Below are positions 1 through 12,259 of a stretch of DNA of 64,000 bases, in pieces; position 1 is the first letter of the stretch, and each line of letters opens with the position of its first letter. The DNA is taken from contig CM097886.1 of assembly GCA_044892525.1 (NCBI GenBank), positions 130,944,001 to 131,008,000 on the forward strand. The letters are read 5' to 3'. A model generated the notes under the pieces. The model was given only the letters and a program-made list of their open reading frames with translations. It made no database searches and had not been told where the DNA came from. Source of the stretch: Schmidtea polychroa. Its lineage: Eukaryota. The translations under genes were made by a program, and so were the position numbers.

Positions 1-1464
1 CAACTGTATTGTGAATAGCAATATGTTACAATTAAGAATGAAATCTGAATAATGTATAAATGTGAAGTGTAGATAAAAAATTTACCGAAATTTACTGTAT
101 TACCAGTTATTCATTTGCCATTGTTTAATAGCAGATGTTTTATCAAAAAAATTTAGTGAAACCAGTTATGATACTTCTTGTTGATTGGGGTCCTGACGAA
201 AATCCTTGATACCAAAAAACCATTGAATACCAACTTGATGTCTTGATTGTTACTATAAATGTGATTGATGTGAGTGATGGTTTTTCCAATGTAGTGATTG
301 TGGCTGCGATACAGTGGATGAATTTAGTGATAAAAATTTTTCGGAAATCGATAAAAATGACATAATAAAGAAATCTGAGGAGTGATTTGCAAATCATGTT
401 AGACCATCTCAATATATGCTTCAAATCGTGAAATGTGTAAATTTGAGGAAATTATTTGAATGTCATCAAATCACGATTCCTTTCAGCATTAATTCCGTTA
501 TCTTATTCACCTTCAATTCAACTTATAGCTAGTGAAAAAGAACAAATCAAAGATACTTCATTATTTTAAAATTTATCTTTTGCATCACCATGATTTGCTT
601 ACAACAAAAATTGTACTAGTGTAAAAGAGAAAGTTATCAAACGAACAAGCAAAAAGTGAATATATATTTATCGCGTCTCTGATATTATTAAAGAATCACT
701 GTAAAATTCATAAGTGGTACAATAAACAACAAAAAATCAAAAATCAAACTGAAAAAGTTATTAAAAAAGGGGTAATGAGATGATGGTAATACTAGAAGAG
801 CAAACATGATTGGAAACATGTGAATGGATTGATAAACATGAATTGCAAGAATTGCTGCTACCAAATAATTCGTCACATTCGTCTAGTGGTCATTGAGTTT
901 GCGCACTGGGTGTTGCAATAAATCTTGAGATTTGAGGGGTGAATTTTTGCGTAATTGTAGTAAGATGAATCAAATCGATTGTTAATTTCACCGACTACCA
1001 TCAATTTTGTTAAGTGGTTTTATTAGGGCTATTTTGCCGGTTCTCATTTCATTGAACTGTTTTGTCGGGGCTACACCATACTTGTTTGTTTTCAATGACT
1101 CTCTTTATTTTTTTATACTGAAATAAATTTTCGATTTGTTTTGTAAGTGAAAGAGTATGGGACTTTTATTTTTGAATCAATTTTCTTATATTATAGAATT
1201 TATTCAATGTAGATTAATGATTGAAAGCCGGTCTATAAATTTATATAATTATATTTGTTTTTTAAATAATGCCAACATATTGATGAAAATTATTTTAGGA
1301 AAAATAGAAAAAATGACCGAATAAATAAAATGAAGCATAATCTTGGAGCTTAGGGGTGTGTCATTTTAAATGTGTTAGGGGTACTGATGGATTTTGAATC
1401 GACTCCTTCCTAAACGCCTTCATTATTATTGTATTTTATACCATCTACGTACCAATGGTGGTAA

Positions 1465-1581
1465 CCGCGTTGGTGCTGTACACAATGGTTGAAAATCAAT
1501 GAGCAGGTGAGATATAATGCTAAAACTACTCCTCATTGTATTTTCGTTTTCGGGTTCTGGACTGCCGATAGAAGGTCCTAC
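1465..1581 (-). repeat. Diverged copy (B) of a ~115-nt block also at 53489-53601 (+) and 48869-48983 (-); relic of the giant-retroelement upstream region
   Basis: The reverse complement shares ordered blocks with 53489-53601: GTA[A/G]GACCTTCTAT, AGAACCCGAA, AGGAGTAGT, CTCACCTGCT, CAACC, CAG[T/C]ACCAACG[T/C]GG. Confidence 0.8.
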
Positions 1582-2002
1582 GTCATTTTTCGTTATCTAT
1601 CTCTTTCTTAGATTGTTGTTATTGATTCATCTAATTATGGTCCTCATTACTGGATATTTTCAAATGCCATTTTCGCAAATTTTGCGCATGGATGTGCCTT
1701 TATTTCCCAGTTAATAAATTTCGTTCTATACTTATACAATACCTGAGGATTTTCGGCTTATTCTTTGAAAAATTTAAGCAGGGGTCTACCTATGTTTCCA
1801 CTTCTGTGCCCTACATCACATTTCTATCAAACTCCTGATACCAGTGACAAACTCGTTGGAGGCCCTACGAACGAAATCCAATCAAGTGAGTGCTGACATC
1901 CAACACGATGCAAATACGTGAGGTATCTGCATACAGCGAACGTACTCAAGTCTTATGACACTTTCTACCAAATAAAATCGAATAAAATAACATTCCCTAC
2001 AT

Positions 2003-2248
2003 CAGTGGTTCTTAACCTGGGGTCCATGGACCCCCAGGGGGTCCGCGAATGGGTTTCAAGTGGTCCGCGGCACTATTTACAAAAAAATATTATTTTTGTT
2101 TGAAGCTGAATAAACAGATTTATAAATAATTATTAAAAAATGTATGTGTTTTACTATCAATTTATTAATTTTTTAACATTTCAGGGGTCCGTCGGTACCA
2201 ATTATATATTTATGGGGTCCATAAGTTTGAAAAGGTTAAGAACCCCTG
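2003..2248 (+). mobile_element. hAT-type MITE
   Basis: TIRs CAGTGGTTCTTAACCT...AGGTTAAGAACCCCTG and an 8-bp TSD CCCTACAT (1995-2002, 2249-2256). A second copy lies at 36277-36503. Confidence 0.9.
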
Positions 2249-2853
2249 CCCTACATCGTTACTAAAATATTTTATTGGAACATGAACGAACCCGATTATG
2301 AAAACTTTAACTGTCAAAACTACTCAAACATAAAAATTAGCTTAGAAACAAACGATAAAAAGAACAAAAAAAATAACTAAAACTAAATTGAATATAAAGA
2401 TGTATTAACTTAGAACATTACATAAAATTACATTAGTCCAAAACAAGCTTACCACAATGGCATAGACCGAGAACCAAGAACCGAAAAATTGTGTTTTAAA
2501 ATTTCAGGAAAATAAAATGTTAGTTTCAAGCTCAAGTTTTAGTTCCAGTTCTTGAACTGAATTTGCAATCAGTATTTATACTGATTTTGATTGCATTCTC
2601 TGCCACTAGATCCAATCAGAATGCAGTACTGTTGAATTACGTTGCACACACATATGAGTATGTGCAATTTTTTATATTTAATTTAATTGATTTAATTAAT
2701 CAAATTATTTAATATTTATTAATTTTCACAATTTAATTTTATAAATTTTATAATGTAAATAATTTTAACTAATTTTATTTTAAATTTTATTATTTTATCC
2801 ATGTTAATAAAAATTTTTAGTTTCAGCTTTTAAATCTATTTATTTCTATTAAA

Positions 2854-2857
<4 letters not shown>

Positions 2858-2942
<85 letters not shown>
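2858..2942. repeat. (TA)n(TG)n compound microsatellite
   Basis: Direct reading of the sequence. Confidence 0.95.
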
Positions 2943-4816
2943 ATTGTGATTGTCTGCAGCTTCCTGAGCTCGGATATGTAAAATAGGTATGCTCTAAATT
3001 ATGTTGCAATATCAATTTCTGATTTTGCAACTCTTTAGAAGCTCTTATTTTTTGGGTGATTTGACTGAGAAATCAGTCGAATTATATATGAAATTTCTGT
3101 TGACACTCCATTTCGAATGTCAACACACTCTGTTTTCTTAAAGTCAATAGAATTTCTGTTTTTAAAAAAGTGCAGATTTTAATTGTCACTATTTTTGGAA
3201 TTATCCCTTTACCCAGCATCTTTAATGTATCTTTGTTTGTTATTTATAGACAAAATTGATAAAATATTATTAATGAATTCTAAGACAAATTCAATTGATA
3301 ACTTGAAGATTACATGTAAAAATAGTTCAGAAATTATATTTGATTTTAAAGTTTTAGCCGCTTTATATGATTGTTGAAAAGATATAATTTCTTTATTTTT
3401 TTTACTGTGAAAAACGTGGAATCAATTATTTATCAGAAAAGTCTCAAGGGAAAGTTTTGAGATTCAAGCACATTTTTATATTTATTTCTAAAGCTCCAAA
3501 AATTTATCTGTGTAACTCACTACAAATACTAATTCATGATTATATGGATTTTTACTATTTTATTATTTTAATATAATTTTATGATTTATTTTTTTCTTTT
3601 ATAATTTTCAAATAATTTTCCAATTAATTTTCATAACAAAATTCACTTAGTGCAAATAAAAATAAATGTAAAAACTTAAGAAATAAATAAGAATGAATAA
3701 TTATGTGCTATGAAAGGGAGAAATTTGGGGTTAATATAGAATAGCTTGTTGAGATGACTGGGAAATAATTGAAATGGAAAGATGAGATAAGGGGGATTTT
3801 AAAAATTTGTTAAAAGGTCTGAAATGCAGAAAAGTGCTAAATCCCATTTTAACCCTTTCTACTTACATTAATTTTACCATGTTTGTTTCTTCCACTCATA
3901 TTTAATTTAGAGAATTTTATGGTATTTCAAGAATCTATGTGGGAACACTTTCAATAATGGTTGATTTCTTCAATGGCATAACAAAGGCTTGGCATTTGGG
4001 CAGTTGCCAAAAGTGCCGGGTCGCGCTAGTTCAAAAGGGCACAGCTAAATCTCTAATTTCTATTTTTATGTATGAGTTAGTGAGTATGATACTATTGTTT
4101 TTATTTATAATACACGATACTTTAAGTATTGCTGTAGTCTGTATTAAAGCAACAATATCCAGTTTTATCCACCAATTTATTTAGTATTATTTAGTAAATA
4201 ATAAACTGTAAATTAGTATTGGTTCTGTGGTTTGCATTTTTGATATCCACGTTGTATGACTGTCACTGTCAGACTAAGTAATTATTGTTATAAATCAAAT
4301 AAGAGAAATTCAATTATTTTTTTCTAACAATTGAAAGTCACAAACCTGAAATTTGTCAATGTTTCAATGGCGTCAAAAATAAATTAGCCAAGGGCGTCGA
4401 AAACCCATTTACGCCTCTGGGTTTCTTGTCATGGGGAGTAATTGAAACAGTTTTTTAAGAATGTGGCAAACATTCTTGTCATAATGAGTGTTACAAACGA
4501 TTTAATATTTTGATATTGGTGAGAAATGGACGAATTCAGAAGAATCAGAGACTTCGAAGCTCAAATACTTTTGAATATGATACGGAACAGTCAGATATCA
4601 TACGAAATAAAATTGCAAATATCCCAGTTTTACTAGCATAAATTATCTTTACTGATGACTCTATTGAGACCTATGACATATCTAAGCACCAATCCTCCTT
4701 TAACACAATAAAAATGGTCACAAAATCTACCATGCCAAATTCACATTATTTTTAATAATCCACGACAAATAAATACAAAAACGATATAAAAATTAGATTT
4801 ATTATTTTAATATTAG

Positions 4817-7800
4817 TTCTTGGGTTAAAAGCATTTGATGATGATACAGAAATTGGAAGTGGAATATTTGAATGTGCTTCTAAATGCAAAGGATCTAGGA
4901 TGGATACAACGTTTGCTCTCAAGCGGATAAGGTTGATCGTTGATGATGGAAAATGCAGGGAAAGAAATATTAGTAATTTCCTGTTAAAACTGAAACATAC
5001 AAGAATCATTCAATATTTTGGAGTGATTCAAACAAAAGAACATTTATGCATTTTCATGGAATACCTTCCTAAGGTTAATTTATTATTTAATTACCTTTGA
5101 ATAATTTAAACAATTGATCAACCTTTTCTGTGGTCTTTTTTTCATTTTTTGAAGGTTTACAATATAAATAGAAATTAAATTTTATTGTAAATAGCTTGCC
5201 ATATCAAATTTATCCCCTCCAATTTATTGATATGTATGAGCCGCTCATTTTAACAATTTAACTTTGTTTAAATATTACTTTCTGAATAATTTAATTTAAT
5301 TTATCAGTAAAATAATTTTTCTTATCTTTCAATCTGTTTTGTTCTCTTAGAATTTCATAGATTTCGACTATAGATCAATGTCTATTCTATTTAACGCAAA
5401 TTTTCGGCACCACCTTTTTGAAGTGTTCTTTTACATAAATAGCACTTAAAAAAACAGAAACGAGCCAATTTAGATAACATCAAATTGTTTTGAATATATT
5501 TGAAATGGAAAAAAGTCAAATTTTGTTTATTAACCCTTTGAATCCTAAGGCGTTCATTGTATTAGCACTATATTCCTGAGCTCCTGAGCAATTTTTGACT
5601 AAAAAATGATATTTGACTTAAAATACAGTTTCGATCAAAAATCGATAGTCAGTATGAAAAATATTTTTAGTTCATTTGAATTTCAAACATACTGTTAGGG
5701 TATATGCCTCGGCAAAGCAGGCCGCTAAATTGGCCTTTAGGGTTCAAAGGGTTAAGACAATTCAATTCAGAAATTATATTCGAAATTGAATCATGGGAAG
5801 ATTTAGTAAAACAATCAAACAAAATAGATTATCTGTTTCACTTTGGTCAAAATATCGTTGAAAATGTGTACCGAGAAGTTATTATAAACGATTGCAATCT
5901 CAATAACGAAATACTCCGAAACCGGATGGCAATGGCTATAACCAATCTAATTTGGTAACACCAATGTTAATTACAGAAAATGGGGTGTTTGCCAGAATTT
6001 TCGGTGAAGCACTATATAGCTATAAATGTAAAGTGGTACCAGTCAAACTGACAGAGTACGACCAATGCACCAACGAGTTACCAGTAAATTTAAATGGAAA
6101 GTTGCGATTTATGGAGCCTGTGACACGAATCTTACTGGAAGAGGACGTGAAACCTAAAGTATTACAATGCAATAGATTGTTGGCACCACTATACAGACTA
6201 ACACCAGAATCGTGGATTGCGTTGCCAGATCATCAAGAAGTAAAGACACCGGAAAATTTATATTTGACAGAATTATAATATTTGGTGAATTTTACATCGT
6301 TGGAAAAATTGTCGCAAAGTGGAATTTTCTCGAGCGAAGATATTGAGGAAGCTCGCAGAAATTTGTTATTTCCGTCAAAGAAAGAAAGAGTAATAATGGA
6401 AATGGTAGATACAATCCTCTCAAGCGGAAGTGGGAAGGTCAACTACGAGTACCTGTTAACTCCAGATCATTACAAGAAAGCGAAATATAATACGATGAAA
6501 AAAATCTGGGGAAAATTTATGTTCATTGGACAAGCTTGTGACGGATTGATTGGAATTTATGTAATTGGTGTGGTAATCAAAGTTACAATATCGCTGGTCC
6601 TTTCAACACACAGGCTATACGCGATCACAGGTTGGTCATGGAAGCTAGTAATTGGCTGTATACCTTTTTAATGTTTTCGATAAATTGATCTGGAAAACAT
6701 TCGAATTTTCCACTGATCATCATGGCTTAGGCAAAGACAAAAGGTCCCTTTGACAACTTTAACTAAGATATTTAGTAAGTCATCAATAATGAGATTAGGG
6801 AATGATTGTAAAATATTAATTCTTTTCATGCTTAGTGCAGTAAATTTGGAAAACTTCTATTATTTTTGATTGTTTTAACAGATTTCACATGTTTTTAACC
6901 GATTTTGGTTTTAAATTGTGTGAAATGAGATTTGAGGTTGGAAAGTCTTTGATAATAAGCTTTTTCGAGGGATTTTGGAGGAATTGGTTTTTTCTTTTTC
7001 AATATTTCAAAATTTTCTCAATTTCGGTTTTGACATTAATTTAGTCAACTTTAGATTAACCCGTGCTTTTTTCTTGAAATGCACTGATTAGAAAATTTCT
7101 ATTATTTGGATATGCCTGCCTTGACAGGAAATCAATAACCGTAGCATTGATATTTTCATATTTTTCAATTAACAGAAACTCGTTTGCGTCAGCCCATGTT
7201 CTTCATCCGCTCCACGATGCCAATAAATCTTATTGAATTTAGATTTGAATAACATTGATTTTAATAGTTTGTAAACAAATAAAGTTTTTCCACTACCACT
7301 AGGATCAACAATTTGGTAAACTGCATCATTACTTAATTCCATTCTCAAATATAAATTAGTTAGAAATTGTTTATATTAGTCATATATATAGGTCAAATAT
7401 AACATTTTTCTAAACATATAAATATCAAATATAAATTCTAATTAGGTTGTTATGAGATCACGATGAGTCATCGCGGGGTCACTTCTACCTACTAGAATGT
7501 TTATATCCGAAAACGAACTGTTGATAGTCTAATTAGAAATGTCTGAAGAAATGTCTGGGTCGTTTAAAGTCTAACTTCCATCATTGTACCTAATATACAA
7601 AAATTTCTATAATATTTTCTAAGTCAGCTGGGGGCTGTTGTAGAAGACTACAATCTCTGGGGTACCTACTTTGTTAAACAGAATTAAACAATAAATGTGT
7701 GAATTAGGGATCTCACATTTAGCCGTTATAAGTTTAAATTATTCTCTTTTAAAAGTATATATTATTAAATAACTTAAATTTTTAAATTTGGAATTTTTTT

Positions 7801-9395
7801 GAGATTTTTGTATTTTAATGATATCATTTAATGACAAATTTTTTCAAATTAAATTACATTGAAATTAATCAGCAATAAAATAAAACTTTGTTTTAATTTG
7901 TGAGAGTTTAAACAAAAAACTAAAAACATATCCCCTAAGTTATGGATATAATAATTATAATTATTTTTAGGGCTCTCTTGGTGATAAAATTAAAAAGAAA
8001 AAATCCCTAGCAACTGATAATGTAATTCGGTACAGCAAAGAGATCCTTGAGGGCCTGGAATTCCTTCACGGAAATAAAATCAGTCATCGAAATATAATGC
8101 GTAAATAAAAATTATTGATAATATTTGTAATAAACTTACTCAGCTGCCAACATATTGTTGGACCAGGAGAATAATATAAAATTGGCAGATTTTGGTGTCG
8201 CACGATCATTAACAAGGACCATTACCAAATCAAGGAAAGCTGATACATTTGTTGGAACTGCCAATTTCACGGCTCCCGAAGTGTTAAACGCAAATGATGA
8301 TGCACCCTATACTGTGTCATCTGATATTTGGTCTGTAGCGGCCACTGTGATTAATATGATCTCTGGTTAGCAATATTTCTATAATTTATTTCTATTTATT
8401 TACTTCTTTCATTTTGATAATAATGTTGAGGATACCTAAATAACAATTTATAAATAAATAAATAAAATTACCTGGGGGAAGATCGTTATGACAAACAGGA
8501 CGATCTGTAGGAACTCAGAAAAGAAAGCGGAAGCTAAAAGAAATGAGAAATGAGGAAGAGGAAGGAAACAAAATAAATCAAACAGGAAAATAAAAATCAA
8601 GGTCAGTACTAATTAATTAGTACAAAAAGGAAAAGGAATTTCGAAATCGGGAAAACAGAAAGACAACAATATTCTTATCTCGACAGCTTGTCAGAGATAA
8701 GGGAAACAAAACAAAAACAGGCGGCAGCCACAAAAGGAAAAAAATTATAAATATTGCGACAGCTGTCAAAGATAACTCGGTCGCAGGAAACTGGAAAATC
8801 ATGTTGAAAAAATGGTGGAATTAAAGATAAACTGAAGTGCCACAAATCGACGAAATATAAAAGGAGGTGGCACAGCAGAAACAAGCAGAGAAACTATAGA
8901 GAAGACGATTTAAAAAAATTAAGAAGACGTGGGAGAATTGTACTAGCGAGCAGTTTGGAGAAGCCATTGAGTGAACAATTTAGAAGAAATAGTTGAATAA
9001 AATTGAAACAGAGAAACTAAAAAGAAAACAGAAAGAGAATCAACAAGAGTTTATTCAGTTGATAATAGAATAAAGTTAGGCGAGTAAAACCAAGTCAAAA
9101 TCAGAGAACAACCATTTAGAATTACCAATTATTACACTCCTCAGTTGTGAGAGATTCGTCAAATCAAAGTTATACGAGTGTGCTATTCCTCACCATAGTG
9201 TTGTAATAAGCACGGTATAATAGTTAGCTTGTTGAGTCAATTGTAACAGTGTGAAAATATTTGTGATATTCAATAAAGTTTACAGTGTTAATTGTTATTT
9301 TTGGGTCAGTCAAAGACACGCTTGGAGTCAGAGTAAGAATTCTAATTTTATCACCACCTCTATAACCCAACAATAATTGCAAAACATTTTATTAA

Positions 9396-9473
<78 letters not shown>

Positions 9474-11877
9474 AAACAATAAAGTGATAATTTAAGTCTT
9501 TTGCTGCGAATAATGTATTGAGTGAAAAAATTTTCGACTATAAGATAGTCCTTGTCAGTCCTTGGAGATTGACAGGGACTATCTTATAGTCGAAAGATTT
9601 TCACTATATACATTATTCGCAAAAGGTTTAAATTATCATAGAAGCCTGTTTTAATAAAAAATATTTTAAAAGATTTATAAAATAAAGCGTCCAATAACTA
9701 TTTATATACGCAATTTAAATATAATAATAAATGTGTCAATTTTGATTTTTATTCCTATTTCTTGAAAGCATATTTTCTAAAATTTCTATATTATTTTAAT
9801 TATAATTTTTAAAAATTTTTTTTTATTAACATTTATTCTCTAGGTCAATGACAGCAGATCAAATTGATGATTTCATTGATTATTACTATTGCTCAAATTC
9901 GAAATTTAATTACTTAAAAATTATTAATATTCCAAGGAATTTGTTGGGTTTTTATTTTTTTTATTTCTCTCTGACTCCTTGTGTTCTTATTCTAACAAAT
10001 AAGTCGAAACCCAACACAGAATAATTTTAATCAATTTCAATTAAATTAAAATTTTTCACTATTTGCACCTTTCGCTCAATCTTATCACTAGACTATCACC
10101 TTTTCTGGTACGAGTCTTAAACTTTTTCCGAATTACTAGATGTCTTTTTCTAATCACTGATTGTCTGATTTCTGAGCCTCTCTTTTTTTCTTCAGCCAAA
10201 TGGCGGCTTGTATGTTTTAAAGCTCTCTTTTTATACTGTTTCTGAGATGGCAATTATATACAGAATTGAAATTAATTTCTCTATTCCCTCTCTTATCTGA
10301 TCTATCGGGTCTCCAAGCGCATCTGGTTTCCTTCAGGGATCGGTCTTTCCATTACAGATTAATTAATTTTAATTAATTTAATTTTTTCGTATTCACTTTC
10401 CCTGTGAACACCTTATTAATTTTCATTATAATTTCTAAATTCGTCTATCAATTTGGCGTTCAACCATGCCCAATACCCCCGTTTCTTATTGATTTTTTTA
10501 TTTTTAACATGTTTTAATTAATTTTGCACTTTTATTGATTTTACCAATAATTGTTATGCCTTCCTTTTATATATAAATTTTTTTTGGTTTGTATAAACAA
10601 ATTTGTATAAAATTCTTAAAAAGATTCAAAACTCTAGGAAAACTCTTGGAACCAAAACTTTTTTTCTATGAATAATTTTATAAGACTGTAGATTTTATGA
10701 ACGAATTGCATTCTTCCATGAAACAGATTGTATGCCATTGACTTAGATAAACAAAATATAACTTAATTTATTCTTTTTTGAAAACTAAATATTTTCAAAA
10801 TAAATTTTTTAACAATATTATTTTATTTAAAATATCGCCGGGTTATTATTTATTAAAGTCGGTACTGATTCTGACTCCTGGAGCGCTTTATCTCAATTGA
10901 TCAAATAAAACCCAACACAAGATAATTTATTGAAACTCAATCAAAATTTTTACAATATTGTTAATCGGAGTTTTAATCTGTACGTTTTAACGATAACCTC
11001 ATGGTAAGAATCCCAATGGGAAACTGCCTTTATTTCTCTGTCAACTTTTCTTTTGTCTATTTGGTCCGCTCTTGCTTGTTGTTTATTTCGTTCTTTGACC
11101 TACTGGCAATGATTATTAGTGTCGTTCCTTTTTATAGGTTTCTCTCGTTCAAGTAATTCAATTAACCAACATTAAAATAATTTCATAAGATGTATTTTTC
11201 TAAGAACAAAATAATTAGGTAGGCGACATTTCGCCTTTATGCGAACAGACTCTGTGCGTAATTTAATTTTATGGAGAACGAATTATTTTATTTTGTCAAT
11301 TATCGTTCTGGTTTCCCACAGAGCTACTAAATTATTTATTTATTTTTAATTAATTTCTATTTTTGAATATCTTTTTCTAGGGAGCCCGTTGATTTAGGAA
11401 ATATTTGTATTTTTCTCATCATTTGCAATCTATATATACCCATTTCTCTTGGAGTATGTCAATTTGTAATTTTTCTAAATTTTTAATTAATTTTTTAATT
11501 TTTATAAGCTTTGCTTATTGTCGATTTCCACATTTCTTGTCATATCCAAATTTCTTTTGAACTACTTTATACGAATCCCAACAATACTATCTAAACCTTT
11601 AAATTATTCTACAATTTTTATATTATTTGTTTAAATGTATACAGCAATGAATGGGATTTATTTACATTCAGGCAAGCCTCCATATCATTATTGCAACCAA
11701 ATGACTGTCATTCACAAAATTGCCTTAGATAAAAAGCTTGAAATGCCAAAATCTCAATTGATGTCGGAGGAAATGAAAAGTTTCATAGAAGAAATGTTGA
11801 ATCCAGATCCCTATCAACGGCCGAACGCTGAGCAATTATTAAAATTGAAATTATTTACCAAATTAATTAAACCTTAA
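4817..11877 (+). CDS. STE11/MEKK-like Ser/Thr kinase domain, probably a pseudokinase or young pseudogene (5' part not resolved)
   Basis: Exons 4817-5073, 7971-8100, 8144-8365 and 11672-11877 join in phase at GT-AG sites. Motifs: IGSGIFE, ALKRI, CIFMEYLPKGSL, HRNIMPANILL, DFG, GTANFTAPE, DIWS, GKPPY, PDPYQRPNAEQLL*. Confidence 0.8.
5534..5751. mobile_element. piggyBac-type MITE
   Basis: TTAA flanks (5530-5533, 5752-5755) and TIRs CCCTTTGAATCCTAAGG / CCTTTAGGGTTCAAAGGG. Confidence 0.8.
5780..6671 (+). pseudogene. Decayed chuvirus-like envelope glycoprotein fragment (C-terminal half) inside the kinase intron
   Basis: ORFs 5704-5958, 5952-6278 and 6282-6671 align colinearly with the glycoprotein at ~62.8-63.7 kb. 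Examples: NKIDYLFHFGQ/NKMDFLFHRGQ, NDCNLNNEIL/NDCSLNKEIL, RFMEPVTRI/RFVQPVTRI, NYEYLLTPDHY/NYELLLSPDHF, WKLVIGCIPF/WKLIVGFLPF. One frameshift and one stop are present. Confidence 0.85.
8424..9372 (+). mobile_element. Solo LTR (copy 1)
   Basis: TGTTGAGGATACC...AACCCAACA termini, 4-bp TSD ATAA, and AATAAA near the 3' end. Homologous to 13163-14067 in opposite orientation. Confidence 0.85.
9395..9471. repeat. (ATT)n microsatellite
   Basis: Direct reading of the sequence. Confidence 0.95.
9471..9654. mobile_element. Foldback/palindromic MITE-like element
   Basis: Near-whole-length inverted repeat, e.g. CGACTATAAGATAGTCC / GGACTATCTTATAGTCG and GCGAATAATGTAT / ATACATTATTCGC. Confidence 0.65.
9942..11000 (-). 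repeat. Further diverged fragments of the same LTR family
   Basis: TGTTGGGTT...CTGACTCC...CAAATAA...CCCAACAC blocks at ~9942-10030 and ~10840-10930 resemble the LTR end at 13163-13260. Boundaries are uncertain and no TSD was found. Confidence 0.4.
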
Positions 11878-12259
11878 TCAATCTGAAAATTTTTATTGAT
11901 AATTTTATTATTTGAATTTATATGTGAATGTGATTGACTTAAACTATGCTTTTATTTCCGAATTTTTTAAATTTTTTATTGATTTTATTCAATCTTGAGT
12001 TCTTTTATTCTTGTTCAATTCTCTATCATTTATATACACCAATAGCAACAAGGTCAATACTACTATTGATTTTGTAAGTAATCTTGCTGCACTAATTGAG
12101 GTAGTGGCCGATAAATTTTGAAATCGAATAATTAATAAGTTATGCCGTAATATAAACATGTTTCTTAATAATCAGCAAAACCCGATTTACAATGGATTTT
12201 AAGAAATACAATTCTAAGGTTAAGAAAAATTTAATTTAAATTCAAGGTTGCACGTTTAA

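Noticed and set aside
780-1120. KIHPSNLKIY on the minus strand resembling an integrase C-terminal motif
   Set aside because: Too short and frame-broken to call, with no DDE or GPY/F context.
1815-1835. TGGTATCAGGAG on the minus strand resembling a tRNA-iMet PBS
   Set aside because: It mismatches TGGTATCAGAGC and no adjacent LTR end (CA) was identified.
4650-4680. CTGATGA followed by a small stem (hammerhead candidate)
   Set aside because: No GAAA follows stem II, so the core is incomplete.
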